Assembly: GCF_003334405.1 (NCBI RefSeq)
Contig: NZ_QOWM01000008.1
Strand: one strand, 5' to 3'
Length of the DNA: 64,000 nt
Origin: Escherichia coli
GTDB lineage: Bacteria; Pseudomonadota; Gammaproteobacteria; Enterobacterales; Enterobacteriaceae
The position numbers and the translations under genes were made by a program. The stretch's first letter is position 1. Every line of letters begins with the position of its first letter. Below, in pieces: positions 32,140 through 43,421 of the stretch. Under the pieces are notes generated by a model. It did no database searches. It was given only the letters and a program-made list of their open reading frames with translations, and was not told where the DNA came from.

Positions 32140-33405
32140 ATGAGCAACAATGAATTCCATCAGCGTCGTCTTTCTGCCACTCCGCGCGGGGTTGGCGTGA
32201 TGTGTAACTTCTTCGCCCAGTCGGCTGAAAACGCCACGCTGAAGGATGTTGAGGGCAACGAGTACATCGATTTCGCCGCAGGCATTGCGGTGCTGAATAC
32301 CGGACATCGCCACCCTGATCTGGTCGCGGCGGTGGAGCAGCAACTGCAACAGTTTACCCACACCGCGTATCAGATTGTGCCGTATGAAAGCTACGTCACC
32401 CTGGCGGAGAAAATCAACGCCCTTGCCCCGGTGAGCGGGCAGGCCAAAACCGCGTTCTTCACCACCGGTGCGGAAGCGGTGGAAAACGCGGTGAAAATTG
32501 CTCGCGCCCATACCGGACGCCCTGGCGTGATTGCGTTTAGCGGCGGCTTTCACGGTCGTACGTATATGACCATGGCGCTGACCGGAAAAGTTGCGCCGTA
32601 CAAAATCGGCTTCGGCCCGTTCCCTGGTTCGGTGTATCACGTACCTTATCCGTCAGATTTACACGGCATTTCAACACAGGACTCCCTCGACGCCATCGAA
32701 CGCTTGTTTAAATCAGACATCGAAGCGAAGCAGGTGGCGGCGATTATTTTCGAACCGGTGCAGGGCGAGGGCGGTTTCAACGTTGCGCCAAAAGAGCTGG
32801 TTGCCGCTATTCGCCGCCTGTGCGACGAGCACGGTATTGTGATGATTGCTGATGAAGTGCAAAGCGGCTTTGCGCGTACCGGTAAGCTGTTTGCCATGGA
32901 TCATTACGCCGATAAGCCGGATTTAATGACGATGGCGAAAAGCCTCGCGGGCGGGATGCCGCTTTCGGGCGTGGTCGGTAACGCGAATATTATGGACGCA
33001 CCCGCGCCGGGCGGGCTTGGCGGCACCTACGCCGGTAACCCGCTGGCGGTGGCTGCCGCGCACGCGGTGCTCAACATTATCGACAAAGAATCACTCTGCG
33101 AACGCGCGAATCAACTGGGCCAGCGTCTCAAAAACACGTTGATTGATGCCAAAGAAAGCGTTCCGGCCATTGCTGCGGTACGCGGCCTGGGGTCGATGAT
33201 TGCGGTAGAGTTTAACGATCCGCAAACGGGCGAGCCGTCAGCGGCGATTGCACAGAAAATCCAGCAACGCGCGCTGGCGCAGGGGCTGCTCCTGCTGACC
33301 TGTGGCGCATACGGCAACGTGATTCGCTTCCTGTATCCGCTGACCATCCCGGATGCGCAATTCGATGCGGCAATGAAAATTTTGCAGGATGCGCTGAGCG
33401 ATTAA
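32140..33405 (+). CDS. puuE: 4-aminobutyrate aminotransferase PuuE (PLP-dependent class III)
   Basis: 421 aa ORF; class III aminotransferase sequence. Confidence 0.92.
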   Translation: MSNNEFHQRRLSATPRGVGVMCNFFAQSAENATLKDVEGNEYIDFAAGIAVLNTGHRHPDLVAAVEQQLQQFTHTAYQIVPYESYVTLAEKINALAPVSGQAKTAFFTTGAEAVENAVKIARAHTGRPGVIAFSGGFHGRTYMTMALTGKVAPYKIGFGPFPGSVYHVPYPSDLHGISTQDSLDAIERLFKSDIEAKQVAAIIFEPVQGEGGFNVAPKELVAAIRRLCDEHGIVMIADEVQSGFARTGKLFAMDHYADKPDLMTMAKSLAGGMPLSGVVGNANIMDAPAPGGLGGTYAGNPLAVAAAHAVLNIIDKESLCERANQLGQRLKNTLIDAKESVPAIAAVRGLGSMIAVEFNDPQTGEPSAAIAQKIQQRALAQGLLLLTCGAYGNVIRFLYPLTIPDAQFDAAMKILQDALSD

Positions 33406-33423
33406 TAGCCCAAGGCAATAATG

Positions 33424-33506
33424 TCTGATGCGCTGCGCTTATCAGGCCTGCAAACGACGTATTGATTATGTATGCCGAATAAAGCATTCACGCCGCATCC
33501 GGCAAG
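33424..33506. repeat. BIME: two REP elements in inverted orientation between puuE and pspF
   Basis: CTGATGCGCTGCGCTTATCAGGCCTGCAAACG and GCCGAATAAAGCATTCACGCCGCATCCGGCAAG. Confidence 0.75.
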
Positions 33507-33524
33507 TTGTATTGCTCAACTTCG

Positions 33525-34502
33525 CTAAATCTGGTGCTTTTTCAACAACGCGCGGAACTGATGATAAGTTAACCCCAGTAATTCAGCCGCGCGCTTCTGG
33601 TTATATTTCCCTTGTTGCAAACTGAGTTGCAGCAACTCTTTTTCCTGCTGCATCTGAAACTCACGTAAATCCAGCGGCAGTGTTGGAAGCGAGGTGGTTT
33701 CTGAAACGGCGATAGCGTCTTCAGGCGGACGCCGTTTAAAGGGATCAATAATGATGTCATCAAGCGGATAATCGCTGGTGCCGTGGCGATACACTGAACG
33801 TTCCACCACGTTTTTCAATTCACGAATATTTCCCGGCCAACGATAATTCAGCAATGTTTCTCTGGCGCGCTCCGTAAACCCCGGGAACAGAGGCAGCTTG
33901 ATTTCCCGACACATCTGGATGGCAAAGTATTCTGCCATCAACATTATGTCGCTTTCGCGCTCGCGCAGTGGTGGCAGTTGTACAACATCAAAAGCCAGTC
34001 GGTCGAGCAGGTCAGCGCGAAAAGTGCCTTCATTGACCATCGCCGGGAGATCGGCATTCGTCGCGCATACCAACCGCACATTCACCTGCAATGGCTGGCT
34101 GCCGCCAACGCGCTCCAGTTCACCGTACTCAATCACGCGCAATAATTTCTCCTGCACCATCATCGGTGCCGTAGCGAGTTCATCAAGAAATAGCGTACCG
34201 CCGTCGGCACGTTCAAATCTCCCTGGATGACGTTTTTGCGCACCGGTAAACGCCCCCGCTTCGTGACCAAACAGTTCGGAATCCAGCAGATTTTCATTTA
34301 ACGCCGCGCAGTTAAGGGAAATAAACGGCCCTTGCCAACGGGAGGAGAGATAATGCAGGCGGCTGGCAATCAGCTCTTTACCGGTGCCGCGTTCGCCGAT
34401 GATGAGCACCGGTTTGTCCAGCGGTGCGAGATGCGAAACCTGTTCCAGCACTTCGAGAAAGCTGTTCGCCTCACCAAGTAAATTATCTTTGTATTCTGCC
34501 AT
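33525..34502 (-). CDS. pspF: Sigma54-dependent enhancer-binding protein PspF (AAA+ activator lacking a regulatory domain)
   Basis: ORF track 330 aa; start MAEYKDNLLGEANSF gives 325 aa; Walker A GERGTGKE, GAFTGA motif, C-terminal HTH. Confidence 0.93.
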   Translation of the reverse strand: MAEYKDNLLGEANSFLEVLEQVSHLAPLDKPVLIIGERGTGKELIASRLHYLSSRWQGPFISLNCAALNENLLDSELFGHEAGAFTGAQKRHPGRFERADGGTLFLDELATAPMMVQEKLLRVIEYGELERVGGSQPLQVNVRLVCATNADLPAMVNEGTFRADLLDRLAFDVVQLPPLRERESDIMLMAEYFAIQMCREIKLPLFPGFTERARETLLNYRWPGNIRELKNVVERSVYRHGTSDYPLDDIIIDPFKRRPPEDAIAVSETTSLPTLPLDLREFQMQQEKELLQLSLQQGKYNQKRAAELLGLTYHQFRALLKKHQI

Positions 34503-34596
34503 GATGAAATTCGCCACTTGTTAGTGTAATTCGCTAACTCATCCTGGCATGTTGCTGTTGATTCTTCAATCAGATCTTTATAAATCAAAAAGATAA

Positions 34597-35337
<741 letters not shown>

Positions 35338-35390
35338 TAACATCCAGGCGGCGTCCGAACGCGCCGCCGCTCATCGTCTAAGGAGTACTT

Positions 35391-35615
35391 ATGAGCGCGC
35401 TATTTCTGGCTATTCCGTTAACCATTTTTGTGCTGTTTGTTTTACCGATCTGGTTATGGCTGCATTACAGCAATCGTTCTGGTCGCAGTGAATTGTCGCA
35501 AAGTGAGCAGCAGCGATTAGCGCAACTGGCTGATGAAGCAAAACGGATGCGCGAACGTATTCAGGCGCTGGAATCTATTCTTGATGCAGAACATCCGAAC
35601 TGGAGGGATCGCTAA
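35391..35615 (+). CDS. pspB: Phage shock protein B
   Basis: 74 aa ORF with N-terminal TM helix. Confidence 0.93.
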   Translation: MSALFLAIPLTIFVLFVLPIWLWLHYSNRSGRSELSQSEQQRLAQLADEAKRMRERIQALESILDAEHPNWRDR

Positions 35616-35974
35616 TGGCGGGCATTAATCTCAATAAAAAATTATGGCGTATTCCACAGCAGGGCATGGTCCGCGGCGTCTGCGCCGGGATTGCCAACTA
35701 TTTTGATGTACCGGTAAAACTGGTGCGTATCCTGGTGGTGCTGTCGATTTTCTTCGGTCTGGCGCTGTTTACCCTGGTTGCTTACATCATTTTGTCATTT
35801 GCGCTTGATCCAATGCCGGACAACATGGCCTTTGGTGAGCAGCTACCTTCCAGCAGCGAATTGCTGGATGAAGTCGACCGTGAACTGGCGGCAAGTGAAA
35901 CGCGTTTACGCGAGATGGAACGTTATGTCACTTCCGATACTTTCACGTTACGTAGCCGTTTCCGTCAACTGTGA
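35615..35974 (+). CDS. pspC: Phage shock protein C
   Basis: 119 aa ORF, start overlaps the pspB stop; one TM helix. Confidence 0.93.
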
Positions 35975-35982
35975 GGAAAGTT

Positions 35983-36204
35983 ATGAATACTCGCTGGCAA
36001 CAGGCCGGGCAAAAGGTAAAGCCTGGTTTCAAATTAGCAGGCAAGCTGGTACTTCTTACCGCACTGCGCTATGGCCCGGCGGGTGTGGCGGGCTGGGCGA
36101 TAAAATCAGTTGCTCGCCGACCGCTGAAAATGTTGCTGGCTGTGGCGCTGGAACCGCTGTTAAGTCGGGCTGCTAATAAACTGGCACAGCGTTATAAAAG
36201 GTGA
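35983..36204 (+). CDS. pspD: Phage shock protein D
   Basis: ORF 35971-36204; start [10 protein letters not shown] at 35983 preceded by GAGGAAAG. Confidence 0.88.
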
Positions 36205-36278
36205 GGGGAGTTTCGCAAAAATTGTTAAATCTCAGGCGTATAATGGATGGCAATTTTCATCCATAGAAGGACGCTTAC

Positions 36279-36593
36279 ATGTTTAAAAAAGGCTTACTTG
36301 CTCTGGCACTGGTGTTTTCACTGCCCGTTTTCGCCGCTGAACACTGGATCGATGTTCGTGTTCCAGAGCAGTATCAGCAAGAGCACGTTCAGGGGGCCAT
36401 CAATATTCCCCTGAAGGAAGTGAAAGAGCGCATTGCCACCGCCGTTCCGGATAAAAACGACACCGTGAAAGTGTATTGCAATGCCGGACGCCAGTCAGGG
36501 CAAGCAAAAGAGATCCTTAGCGAGATGGGATATACCCACGTTGAGAACGCCGGTGGCCTGAAAGACATCGCAATGCCGAAGGTCAAAGGTTAA
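36279..36593 (+). CDS. pspE: Thiosulfate sulfurtransferase PspE (periplasmic rhodanese)
   Basis: 104 aa ORF with signal peptide; rhodanese active-site CNAGRQS. Confidence 0.93.
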   Translation: MFKKGLLALALVFSLPVFAAEHWIDVRVPEQYQQEHVQGAINIPLKEVKERIATAVPDKNDTVKVYCNAGRQSGQAKEILSEMGYTHVENAGGLKDIAMPKVKG

Positions 36594-36607
36594 AAGAATT
36601 CACCATG

Positions 36608-36634
36608 AGCGGCGCTTATGCGCCGTTTTTTTTT
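36608..36634 (+). terminator. Rho-independent terminator of the psp operon
   Basis: CGGCGC-TTAT-GCGCCG hairpin followed by TTTTTTTTT. Confidence 0.85.
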
Positions 36635-36805
36635 CTGTCACACCTTATTTACATCCCCATAGATTATTTGCGTCAGCTCACAAATACGCTTTTTCCCTGG
36701 TAAAAAATGATTTCCTGCGTGACTAAAACCCTTGTGCTCAATTGACAGTTTATTTTCTGCGGAGTAGTCTCTCGTTTCATGGGACCGCTACCACGGAAAG
36801 GCAAC

Positions 36806-38485
36806 ATGAAACAGAAAATTACGGATTACCTGGACGAAATCTACGGTGGAACATTTACCGCAACTCATTTACAGAAACTTGTAACGCGTCTTGAGAGTGC
36901 GAAACGATTAATTACACAGCGACGTAAAAAACACTGGGATGAAAGTGATGTCGTGTTAATTACCTATGCCGATCAATTTCACAGCAATGATTTAAAACCA
37001 TTACCCACATTTAATCAGTTTTACCATCAATGGCTGCAAAGCATTTTTTCACATGTTCATTTGTTGCCGTTTTATCCATGGTCATCTGATGATGGCTTTT
37101 CGGTAATTGATTATCATCAGGTCGCCAGTGAAGCGGGGGAGTGGCAGGATATTCAGCAACTCGGTGAATGCAGTCATTTAATGTTTGATTTTGTCTGCAA
37201 CCATATGTCGGCAAAAAGTGAATGGTTTAAAAACTATTTACAACAGCATCCAGGTTTTGAAGATTTTTTTATTGCCGTTGACCCGCAAACCGATCTCAGC
37301 GCCGTCACTCGCCCGCGTGCGTTACCGTTATTAACGCCATTCCAGATGCGCGATCATTCAACGCGCCATTTATGGACCACCTTTAGTGACGATCAAATTG
37401 ACCTGAATTACCGTAGCCCTGAAGTGTTGCTGGCGATGGTGGATGTTTTACTCTGTTACCTTGCGAAAGGTGCTGAGTATGTCCGCCTGGATGCCGTTGG
37501 CTTTATGTGGAAAGAGCCGGGAACAAGCTGCATCCATCTGGAAAAAACACATCTGATTATCAAACTGTTACGGTCGATTATTGATAACGTTGCGCCAGGT
37601 ACAGTGATCATTACCGAGACCAATGTTCCGCATAAAGACAACATTGCTTACTTTGGCGCAGGCGATGACGAAGCACATATGGTGTACCAGTTCTCGCTGC
37701 CGCCACTGGTGCTGCATGCGGTGCAAAAACAGAACGTTGAGGCGCTTTGTGCGTGGGCGCAAAACCTGACACTACCTTCCAGCAACACCACCTGGTTTAA
37801 CTTCCTCGCCTCTCACGATGGCATCGGGCTAAACCCGCTACGGGGCTTGTTGCCTGAAAGCGAAATATTAGAGCTGGTCGAGGCGTTACAGCAGGAAGGT
37901 GCATTAGTAAACTGGAAAAATAATCCCGACGGTACACGCAGTCCGTATGAAATAAATGTGACCTATATGGATGCGTTAAGCCGCCGTGAGAGTAGCGATG
38001 AAGAACGTTGCGCCAGGTTTATCCTTGCCCATGCGATTTTGTTAAGTTTCCCCGGTGTGCCAGCGATATATATTCAAAGTATTCTTGGCTCGCGTAATGA
38101 TTACGCAGGTGTCGAAAAAATCGGATATAACCGTGCGATTAACCGTAAAAAATATCACAGTAAAGAGATAACCCGAGAACTGAACGATGAAGCTACATTA
38201 AGGCATGCGGTATATCATGAGTTGTCGCGTTTAATTACACTTCGTCGCAGCCATAACGAGTTTCATCCGGATAATAATTTTACCATTGATACGATTAATT
38301 CATCCGTAATGCGTATTCAAAGAAGTAACGCTGATGGTAATTGTCTGACTGGATTGTTTAATGTCAGTAAAAATATTCAGCATGTAAATATTACTAATCT
38401 GCATGGTCGGGATCTGATTAGTGAAGTTGATATATTGGGTAATGAAATAACGCTGCGCCCCTGGCAGGTTATGTGGATTAAATAA
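36806..38485 (+). CDS. ycjM: Glucosylglycerate phosphorylase YcjM (GH13 sucrose-phosphorylase-like)
   Basis: ORF track 568 aa; start MKQKITDYLDEIYG gives 559 aa; GH13 family. Confidence 0.88.
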   Translation: MKQKITDYLDEIYGGTFTATHLQKLVTRLESAKRLITQRRKKHWDESDVVLITYADQFHSNDLKPLPTFNQFYHQWLQSIFSHVHLLPFYPWSSDDGFSVIDYHQVASEAGEWQDIQQLGECSHLMFDFVCNHMSAKSEWFKNYLQQHPGFEDFFIAVDPQTDLSAVTRPRALPLLTPFQMRDHSTRHLWTTFSDDQIDLNYRSPEVLLAMVDVLLCYLAKGAEYVRLDAVGFMWKEPGTSCIHLEKTHLIIKLLRSIIDNVAPGTVIITETNVPHKDNIAYFGAGDDEAHMVYQFSLPPLVLHAVQKQNVEALCAWAQNLTLPSSNTTWFNFLASHDGIGLNPLRGLLPESEILELVEALQQEGALVNWKNNPDGTRSPYEINVTYMDALSRRESSDEERCARFILAHAILLSFPGVPAIYIQSILGSRNDYAGVEKIGYNRAINRKKYHSKEITRELNDEATLRHAVYHELSRLITLRRSHNEFHPDNNFTIDTINSSVMRIQRSNADGNCLTGLFNVSKNIQHVNITNLHGRDLISEVDILGNEITLRPWQVMWIK

Positions 38486-38498
38486 AAAGGAACATCTC

Positions 38499-39791
38499 AT
38501 GATTAAATCAAAAATCGTGCTGTTATCAGCACTGGTTTCATGCGCCCTGATTTCAGGCTGTAAAGAAGAAAATAAAACGAATGTATCCATCGAATTTATG
38601 CATTCTTCGGTGGAGCAGGAGCGCCAGGCCGTTATCAGTAAATTGATTGCCCGTTTTGAAAAAGAAAACCCTGGCATCACCGTTAAGCAAGTGCCCGTGG
38701 AAGAAGATGCCTATAACACTAAAGTCATTACTCTTTCACGTAGCGGTTCGCTGCCGGAAGTGATCGAAACCAGCCATGACTACGCCAAAGTGATGGACAA
38801 AGAGCAGCTTATCGATCGCAAAGCGGTTGCCACAGTCATCAGCAACGTTGGTGAAGGCGCGTTTTACGATGGCGTACTGCGTATTGTGCGTACCGAAGAT
38901 GGTAGCGCATGGACCGGTGTTCCTGTCAGCGCCTGGATTGGCGGTATCTGGTATCGCAAAGATGTGCTGGCAAAAGCGGGGCTTGAGGAGCCGAAAAACT
39001 GGCAACAGCTGCTGGACGTTGCACAGAAACTGAATGACCCGGCGAATAAAAAATACGGCATTGCGCTGCCTACAGCAGAAAGCGTGTTGACGGAACAATC
39101 CTTCTCCCAGTTTGCGTTATCCAACCAGGCTAACGTCTTTAACGCCGAAGGCAAAATCACCCTTGATACACCAGAGATGATGCAGGCACTGACCTATTAC
39201 CGCGACCTTGCTGCCAACACTATGCCGGGTTCTAACGACATCATGGAAGTGAAAGACGCCTTTATGAACGGCACCGCGCCGATGGCGATTTACTCCACCT
39301 ATATCCTTCCGGCTGTGATTAAAGAAGGCGACCCGAAAAACGTCGGTTTCGTGGTGCCAACCGAGAAAAACTCTGCGGTCTACGGCATGTTGACCTCGCT
39401 GACCATTACCGCCGGGCAAAAGACCGAAGAGACGGAAGCAGCAGAAAAATTTGTCACCTTTATGGAGCAGGCAGACAACATTGCCGACTGGGTGATGATG
39501 TCGCCAGGTGCTGCGCTGCCGGTGAATAAAGCGGTGGTGACTACCGCCACCTGGAAAGACAACGACGTTATTAAGGCGCTGGGTGAACTACCGAATCAGC
39601 TAATCGGTGAACTGCCAAATATTCAGGTTTTTGGCGCAGTAGGGGATAAAAACTTTACCCGCATGGGTGATGTGACGGGTTCTGGCGTGGTGAGTTCAAT
39701 GGTGCATAACGTCACCGTGGGTAAAGCCGATCTCTCTACTACGCTGCAAGCGAGCCAGAAAAAACTGGATGAACTGATCGAACAGCACTAA
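38499..39791 (+). CDS. ycjN: ABC transporter periplasmic sugar-binding lipoprotein
   Basis: 430 aa ORF, signal peptide with lipobox LISGC. Confidence 0.88.
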   Translation: MIKSKIVLLSALVSCALISGCKEENKTNVSIEFMHSSVEQERQAVISKLIARFEKENPGITVKQVPVEEDAYNTKVITLSRSGSLPEVIETSHDYAKVMDKEQLIDRKAVATVISNVGEGAFYDGVLRIVRTEDGSAWTGVPVSAWIGGIWYRKDVLAKAGLEEPKNWQQLLDVAQKLNDPANKKYGIALPTAESVLTEQSFSQFALSNQANVFNAEGKITLDTPEMMQALTYYRDLAANTMPGSNDIMEVKDAFMNGTAPMAIYSTYILPAVIKEGDPKNVGFVVPTEKNSAVYGMLTSLTITAGQKTEETEAAEKFVTFMEQADNIADWVMMSPGAALPVNKAVVTTATWKDNDVIKALGELPNQLIGELPNIQVFGAVGDKNFTRMGDVTGSGVVSSMVHNVTVGKADLSTTLQASQKKLDELIEQH

Positions 39792-39811
39792 ACCCAGGAC
39801 AGGAATCCGCA

Positions 39812-40693
39812 ATGAACAGGCTTTTTTCAGGTCGTTCCGATATGCCCTTTGCGCTGCTGCTTCTCGCGCCCAGCTTATTACTGCTGGGCGGTCTGGTGGC
39901 GTGGCCGATGGTGTCGAATATCGAAATCAGTTTTTTACGTCTGCCGCTCAATCCCAACATCGAGTCAACGTTTGTTGGGGTGAGCAACTATGTGCGTATC
40001 CTCTCCGATCCCGGCTTCTGGCATTCGCTGTGGATGACGGTCTGGTATACCGCGCTGGTGGTGGCGGGCAGCACCGTGCTCGGGCTGGCGGTGGCGATGT
40101 TTTTCAACCGCGAGTTCCGCCTGCGCAAAACCGCGCGTTCGCTGGTGATCCTCTCCTACGTAACGCCGTCCATTTCGCTGGTGTTCGCCTGGAAATACAT
40201 GTTCAACAACGGCTACGGCATTGTTAACTACCTCGGCGTCGATCTTCTGCATCTCTATGAGCAGGCACCGCTGTGGTTCGATAATCCGGGCAGTAGCTTT
40301 GTGCTGGTGGTGCTGTTCGCCATCTGGCGCTACTTCCCGTATGCCTTTATCTCGTTTCTGGCGATTTTGCAGACCATCGACAAATCGCTGTACGAAGCGG
40401 CAGAGATGGATGGCGCTAATGCCTGGCAACGGTTTCGTATCGTCACGCTGCCCGCAATTATGCCGGTCCTGGCGACGGTGGTGACACTGCGCACCATCTG
40501 GATGTTCTACATGTTCGCGGATGTTTATTTGCTGACGACCAAGGTCGATATTCTCGGTGTATATCTCTACAAAACCGCCTTTGCCTTTAATGATTTAGGA
40601 AAAGCGGCGGCGATCTCGGTGGTGCTCTTCATCATTATTTTCGCTGTCATTCTGCTGACCAGGAAACGGGTGAACCTCAATGGCAACAAATAA
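39812..40693 (+). CDS. ycjO: ABC sugar transporter permease (MalF-like)
   Basis: 293 aa polytopic membrane ORF. Confidence 0.88.
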   Translation: MNRLFSGRSDMPFALLLLAPSLLLLGGLVAWPMVSNIEISFLRLPLNPNIESTFVGVSNYVRILSDPGFWHSLWMTVWYTALVVAGSTVLGLAVAMFFNREFRLRKTARSLVILSYVTPSISLVFAWKYMFNNGYGIVNYLGVDLLHLYEQAPLWFDNPGSSFVLVVLFAIWRYFPYAFISFLAILQTIDKSLYEAAEMDGANAWQRFRIVTLPAIMPVLATVVTLRTIWMFYMFADVYLLTTKVDILGVYLYKTAFAFNDLGKAAAISVVLFIIIFAVILLTRKRVNLNGNK

Positions 40694-41522
40694 ACGCACA
40701 CTCAGTCGCATCGGTTTTTACTGCGAGCTGGCGCTGTTTCTCATCATCACGCTGTTTCCATTTTTTGTGATGCTGATGACCTCGTTCAAGGGCGCGAAAG
40801 AGGCGATCTCACTGCATCCTACGCTGCTGCCGCAGCAGTGGACGCTGGAGCATTACGTCGACATTTTTAACCCGATGATTTTCCCGTTTGTCGACTACTT
40901 CCGTAACAGTCTGGTGGTGTCTGTGGTTTCATCCGTGGTGGCGGTATTCCTCGGCATTCTTGGGGCTTACGCGCTTTCCCGCCTGCGCTTTAAAGGTCGG
41001 ATGACCATCAACGCCAGCTTTTACACGGTGTATATGTTCTCTGGCATTTTGCTGGTGGTGCCGCTTTTCAAAATCATCACCGCGCTTGGCATTTACGACA
41101 CTGAGATGGCGCTGATCATCACCATGGTGACGCAAACTCTGCCCACCGCCGTGTTTATGCTGAAAAGCTACTTCGACACCATCCCCGATGAGATCGAAGA
41201 AGCGGCGATGATGGATGGCCTCAACCGTCTGCAAATTATCTTCCGCATCACCGTGCCGTTGGCGATGTCCGGGCTGATATCCGTGTTCGTCTACTGCTTT
41301 ATGGTGGCGTGGAACGACTATCTGTTTGCGTCGATTTTCCTCTCCAGCGCCAGCAATTTCACCTTACCGGTGGGCCTGAACGCGCTGTTCAGTACGCCAG
41401 ATTACATCTGGGGACGGATGATGGCGGCCTCACTGGTGACCGCATTGCCGGTGGTGATTATGTATGCGCTTTCGGAACGTTTTATTAAGAGTGGTTTGAC
41501 CGCCGGTGGCGTGAAGGGCTAA
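40680..41522 (+). CDS. ycjP: ABC sugar transporter permease (MalG-like)
   Basis: 280 aa polytopic membrane ORF; overlaps ycjO by 14 nt. Confidence 0.88.
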   Translation: MATNKRTLSRIGFYCELALFLIITLFPFFVMLMTSFKGAKEAISLHPTLLPQQWTLEHYVDIFNPMIFPFVDYFRNSLVVSVVSSVVAVFLGILGAYALSRLRFKGRMTINASFYTVYMFSGILLVVPLFKIITALGIYDTEMALIITMVTQTLPTAVFMLKSYFDTIPDEIEEAAMMDGLNRLQIIFRITVPLAMSGLISVFVYCFMVAWNDYLFASIFLSSASNFTLPVGLNALFSTPDYIWGRMMAASLVTALPVVIMYALSERFIKSGLTAGGVKG

Positions 41523-41552
41523 AGCGGCCAGTTTCTTTACAAGGAGTTTTAA

Positions 41553-42605
41553 ATGAAAAAGTTAGTAGCCACAGCACCGCGTGTTGCTGCGCTGGTTGAG
41601 TATGAAGATCGGGCGATTTTAGCTAATGAAGTGAAGATCCGCGTGCGTTTCGGCGCACCGAAACACGGAACGGAAGTGGTCGACTTCCGCGCCGCCAGCC
41701 CGTTTATTGATGAAGACTTTAACGGCGAATGGCAGATGTTCACTCCGCGTCCGGCAGATGCGCCGCGCGGCATTGAGTTTGGCAAATTCCAGCTTGGCAA
41801 CATGGTGGTTGGCGACATTATCGAGTGCGGCAGCGACGTTACCGACTACGCGGTGGGCGACAGCGTATGCGGCTACGGCCCGCTCTCCGAGACGGTCATC
41901 ATTAACGCAGTGAATAACTACAAGCTGCGCAAAATGCCGCAAGGCAGCTCCTGGAAAAACGCCGTCTGCTACGACCCGGCGCAGTTTGCCATGAGCGGCG
42001 TGCGCGATGCCAACGTGCGCGTAGGGGATTTTGTGGTGGTGGTAGGGCTTGGCGCAATCGGTCAAATTGCCATCCAACTGGCTAAACGCGCTGGCGCTTC
42101 TGTGGTGATTGGCGTCGATCCTATCGCCCATCGCTGTGATATTGCCCGTCGCCACGGCGCGGATTTCTGCCTTAACCCCATCGGCACTGATGTAGGTAAA
42201 GAGATCAAAACGCTGACCGGCAAGCAGGGTGCCGATGTGATTATCGAAACCAGCGGCTACGCCGACGCGCTGCAATCGGCGCTCCGCGGTCTGGCTTATG
42301 GCGGCACCATCTCCTATGTCGCGTTTGCCAAGCCGTTTGCCGAAGGTTTTAACCTCGGACGCGAAGCGCATTTCAATAACGCCAAAATTGTCTTCTCTCG
42401 CGCGTGCAGCGAACCGAACCCGGATTATCCGCGCTGGAGCCGCAAGCGTATTGAAGAAACCTGTTGGGAACTGCTGATGAACGGTTATCTCAATTGCGAA
42501 GATTTAATCGACCCGGTGGTGACCTTTGCCAATAGCCCGGAAAGCTATATGCAGTATGTCGACCAGCATCCGGAACAGAGCATCAAAATGGGCGTTACGT
42601 TTTAA
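41553..42605 (+). CDS. ycjQ: Zn-dependent medium-chain dehydrogenase (reported D-guloside 3-dehydrogenase)
   Basis: 350 aa ORF, MDR fold with GLGAIGQ NAD-binding motif. Confidence 0.85.
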   Translation: MKKLVATAPRVAALVEYEDRAILANEVKIRVRFGAPKHGTEVVDFRAASPFIDEDFNGEWQMFTPRPADAPRGIEFGKFQLGNMVVGDIIECGSDVTDYAVGDSVCGYGPLSETVIINAVNNYKLRKMPQGSSWKNAVCYDPAQFAMSGVRDANVRVGDFVVVVGLGAIGQIAIQLAKRAGASVVIGVDPIAHRCDIARRHGADFCLNPIGTDVGKEIKTLTGKQGADVIIETSGYADALQSALRGLAYGGTISYVAFAKPFAEGFNLGREAHFNNAKIVFSRACSEPNPDYPRWSRKRIEETCWELLMNGYLNCEDLIDPVVTFANSPESYMQYVDQHPEQSIKMGVTF

Positions 42606-42623
42606 TTCAAAGGAATGAAAAAA

Positions 42624-43412
42624 ATGAAAATCGGCACACAGAATCAGGCGTTCTTTCCGGAAAACATTCTGGAGAAATTTCGTTATATCAAAGAGATGGG
42701 CTTCGATGGTTTTGAGATTGACGGCAAACTGCTGGTTAACAACATCGAAGAAGTCAAAGCGGCGATCAAAGAAACCGGTTTACCGGTGACCACCGCCTGC
42801 GGTGGCTATGACGGATGGATTGGCGACTTTATCGAAGAGCGTCGTCTTAATGGCTTAAAGCAGATCGAGCGCATTCTCGAAGCGCTGGCAGAAGTGGGCG
42901 GTAAAGGCATCGTCGTTCCGGCTGCGTGGGGCATGTTTACCTTCCGCTTACCGCCGATGACCTCGCCGCGTAGCCTGGACGGCGACCGCAAAATGGTGAG
43001 TGATTCCCTGCGCGTACTGGAACAGGTCGCCGCGCGTACCGGAACCGTGGTGTATCTCGAACCGTTAAACCGCTATCAGGATCATATGATCAACACCCTC
43101 GCCGATGCCCGCCGTTACATCGTCGAAAACGATCTTAAACATGTACAGATTATCGGCGATTTCTATCACATGAATATCGAAGAAGATAACCTGGCGCAGG
43201 CGCTGCATGACAACCGCGACCTGCTCGGTCATGTGCATATTGCGGATAACCATCGCTACCAGCCGGGCAGCGGCACCCTGGATTTCCACGCGCTGTTTGA
43301 ACAGCTGCGCGCGGATAACTATCAGGGCTATGTAGTGTACGAAGGGCGTATCCGGGCGGAAGATCCTGCCCAGGCGTACCGTGATTCGTTGGCCTGGTTG
43401 CGTACCTGCTAA
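42624..43412 (+). CDS. ycjR: Sugar phosphate isomerase/epimerase, TIM barrel (reported 3-keto-D-guloside 4-epimerase)
   Basis: ORF 42615-43412; start MKIGTQNQAFF gives 262 aa. Confidence 0.85.
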   Translation: MKIGTQNQAFFPENILEKFRYIKEMGFDGFEIDGKLLVNNIEEVKAAIKETGLPVTTACGGYDGWIGDFIEERRLNGLKQIERILEALAEVGGKGIVVPAAWGMFTFRLPPMTSPRSLDGDRKMVSDSLRVLEQVAARTGTVVYLEPLNRYQDHMINTLADARRYIVENDLKHVQIIGDFYHMNIEEDNLAQALHDNRDLLGHVHIADNHRYQPGSGTLDFHALFEQLRADNYQGYVVYEGRIRAEDPAQAYRDSLAWLRTC

Positions 43413-43421
43413 GAGGTCTTT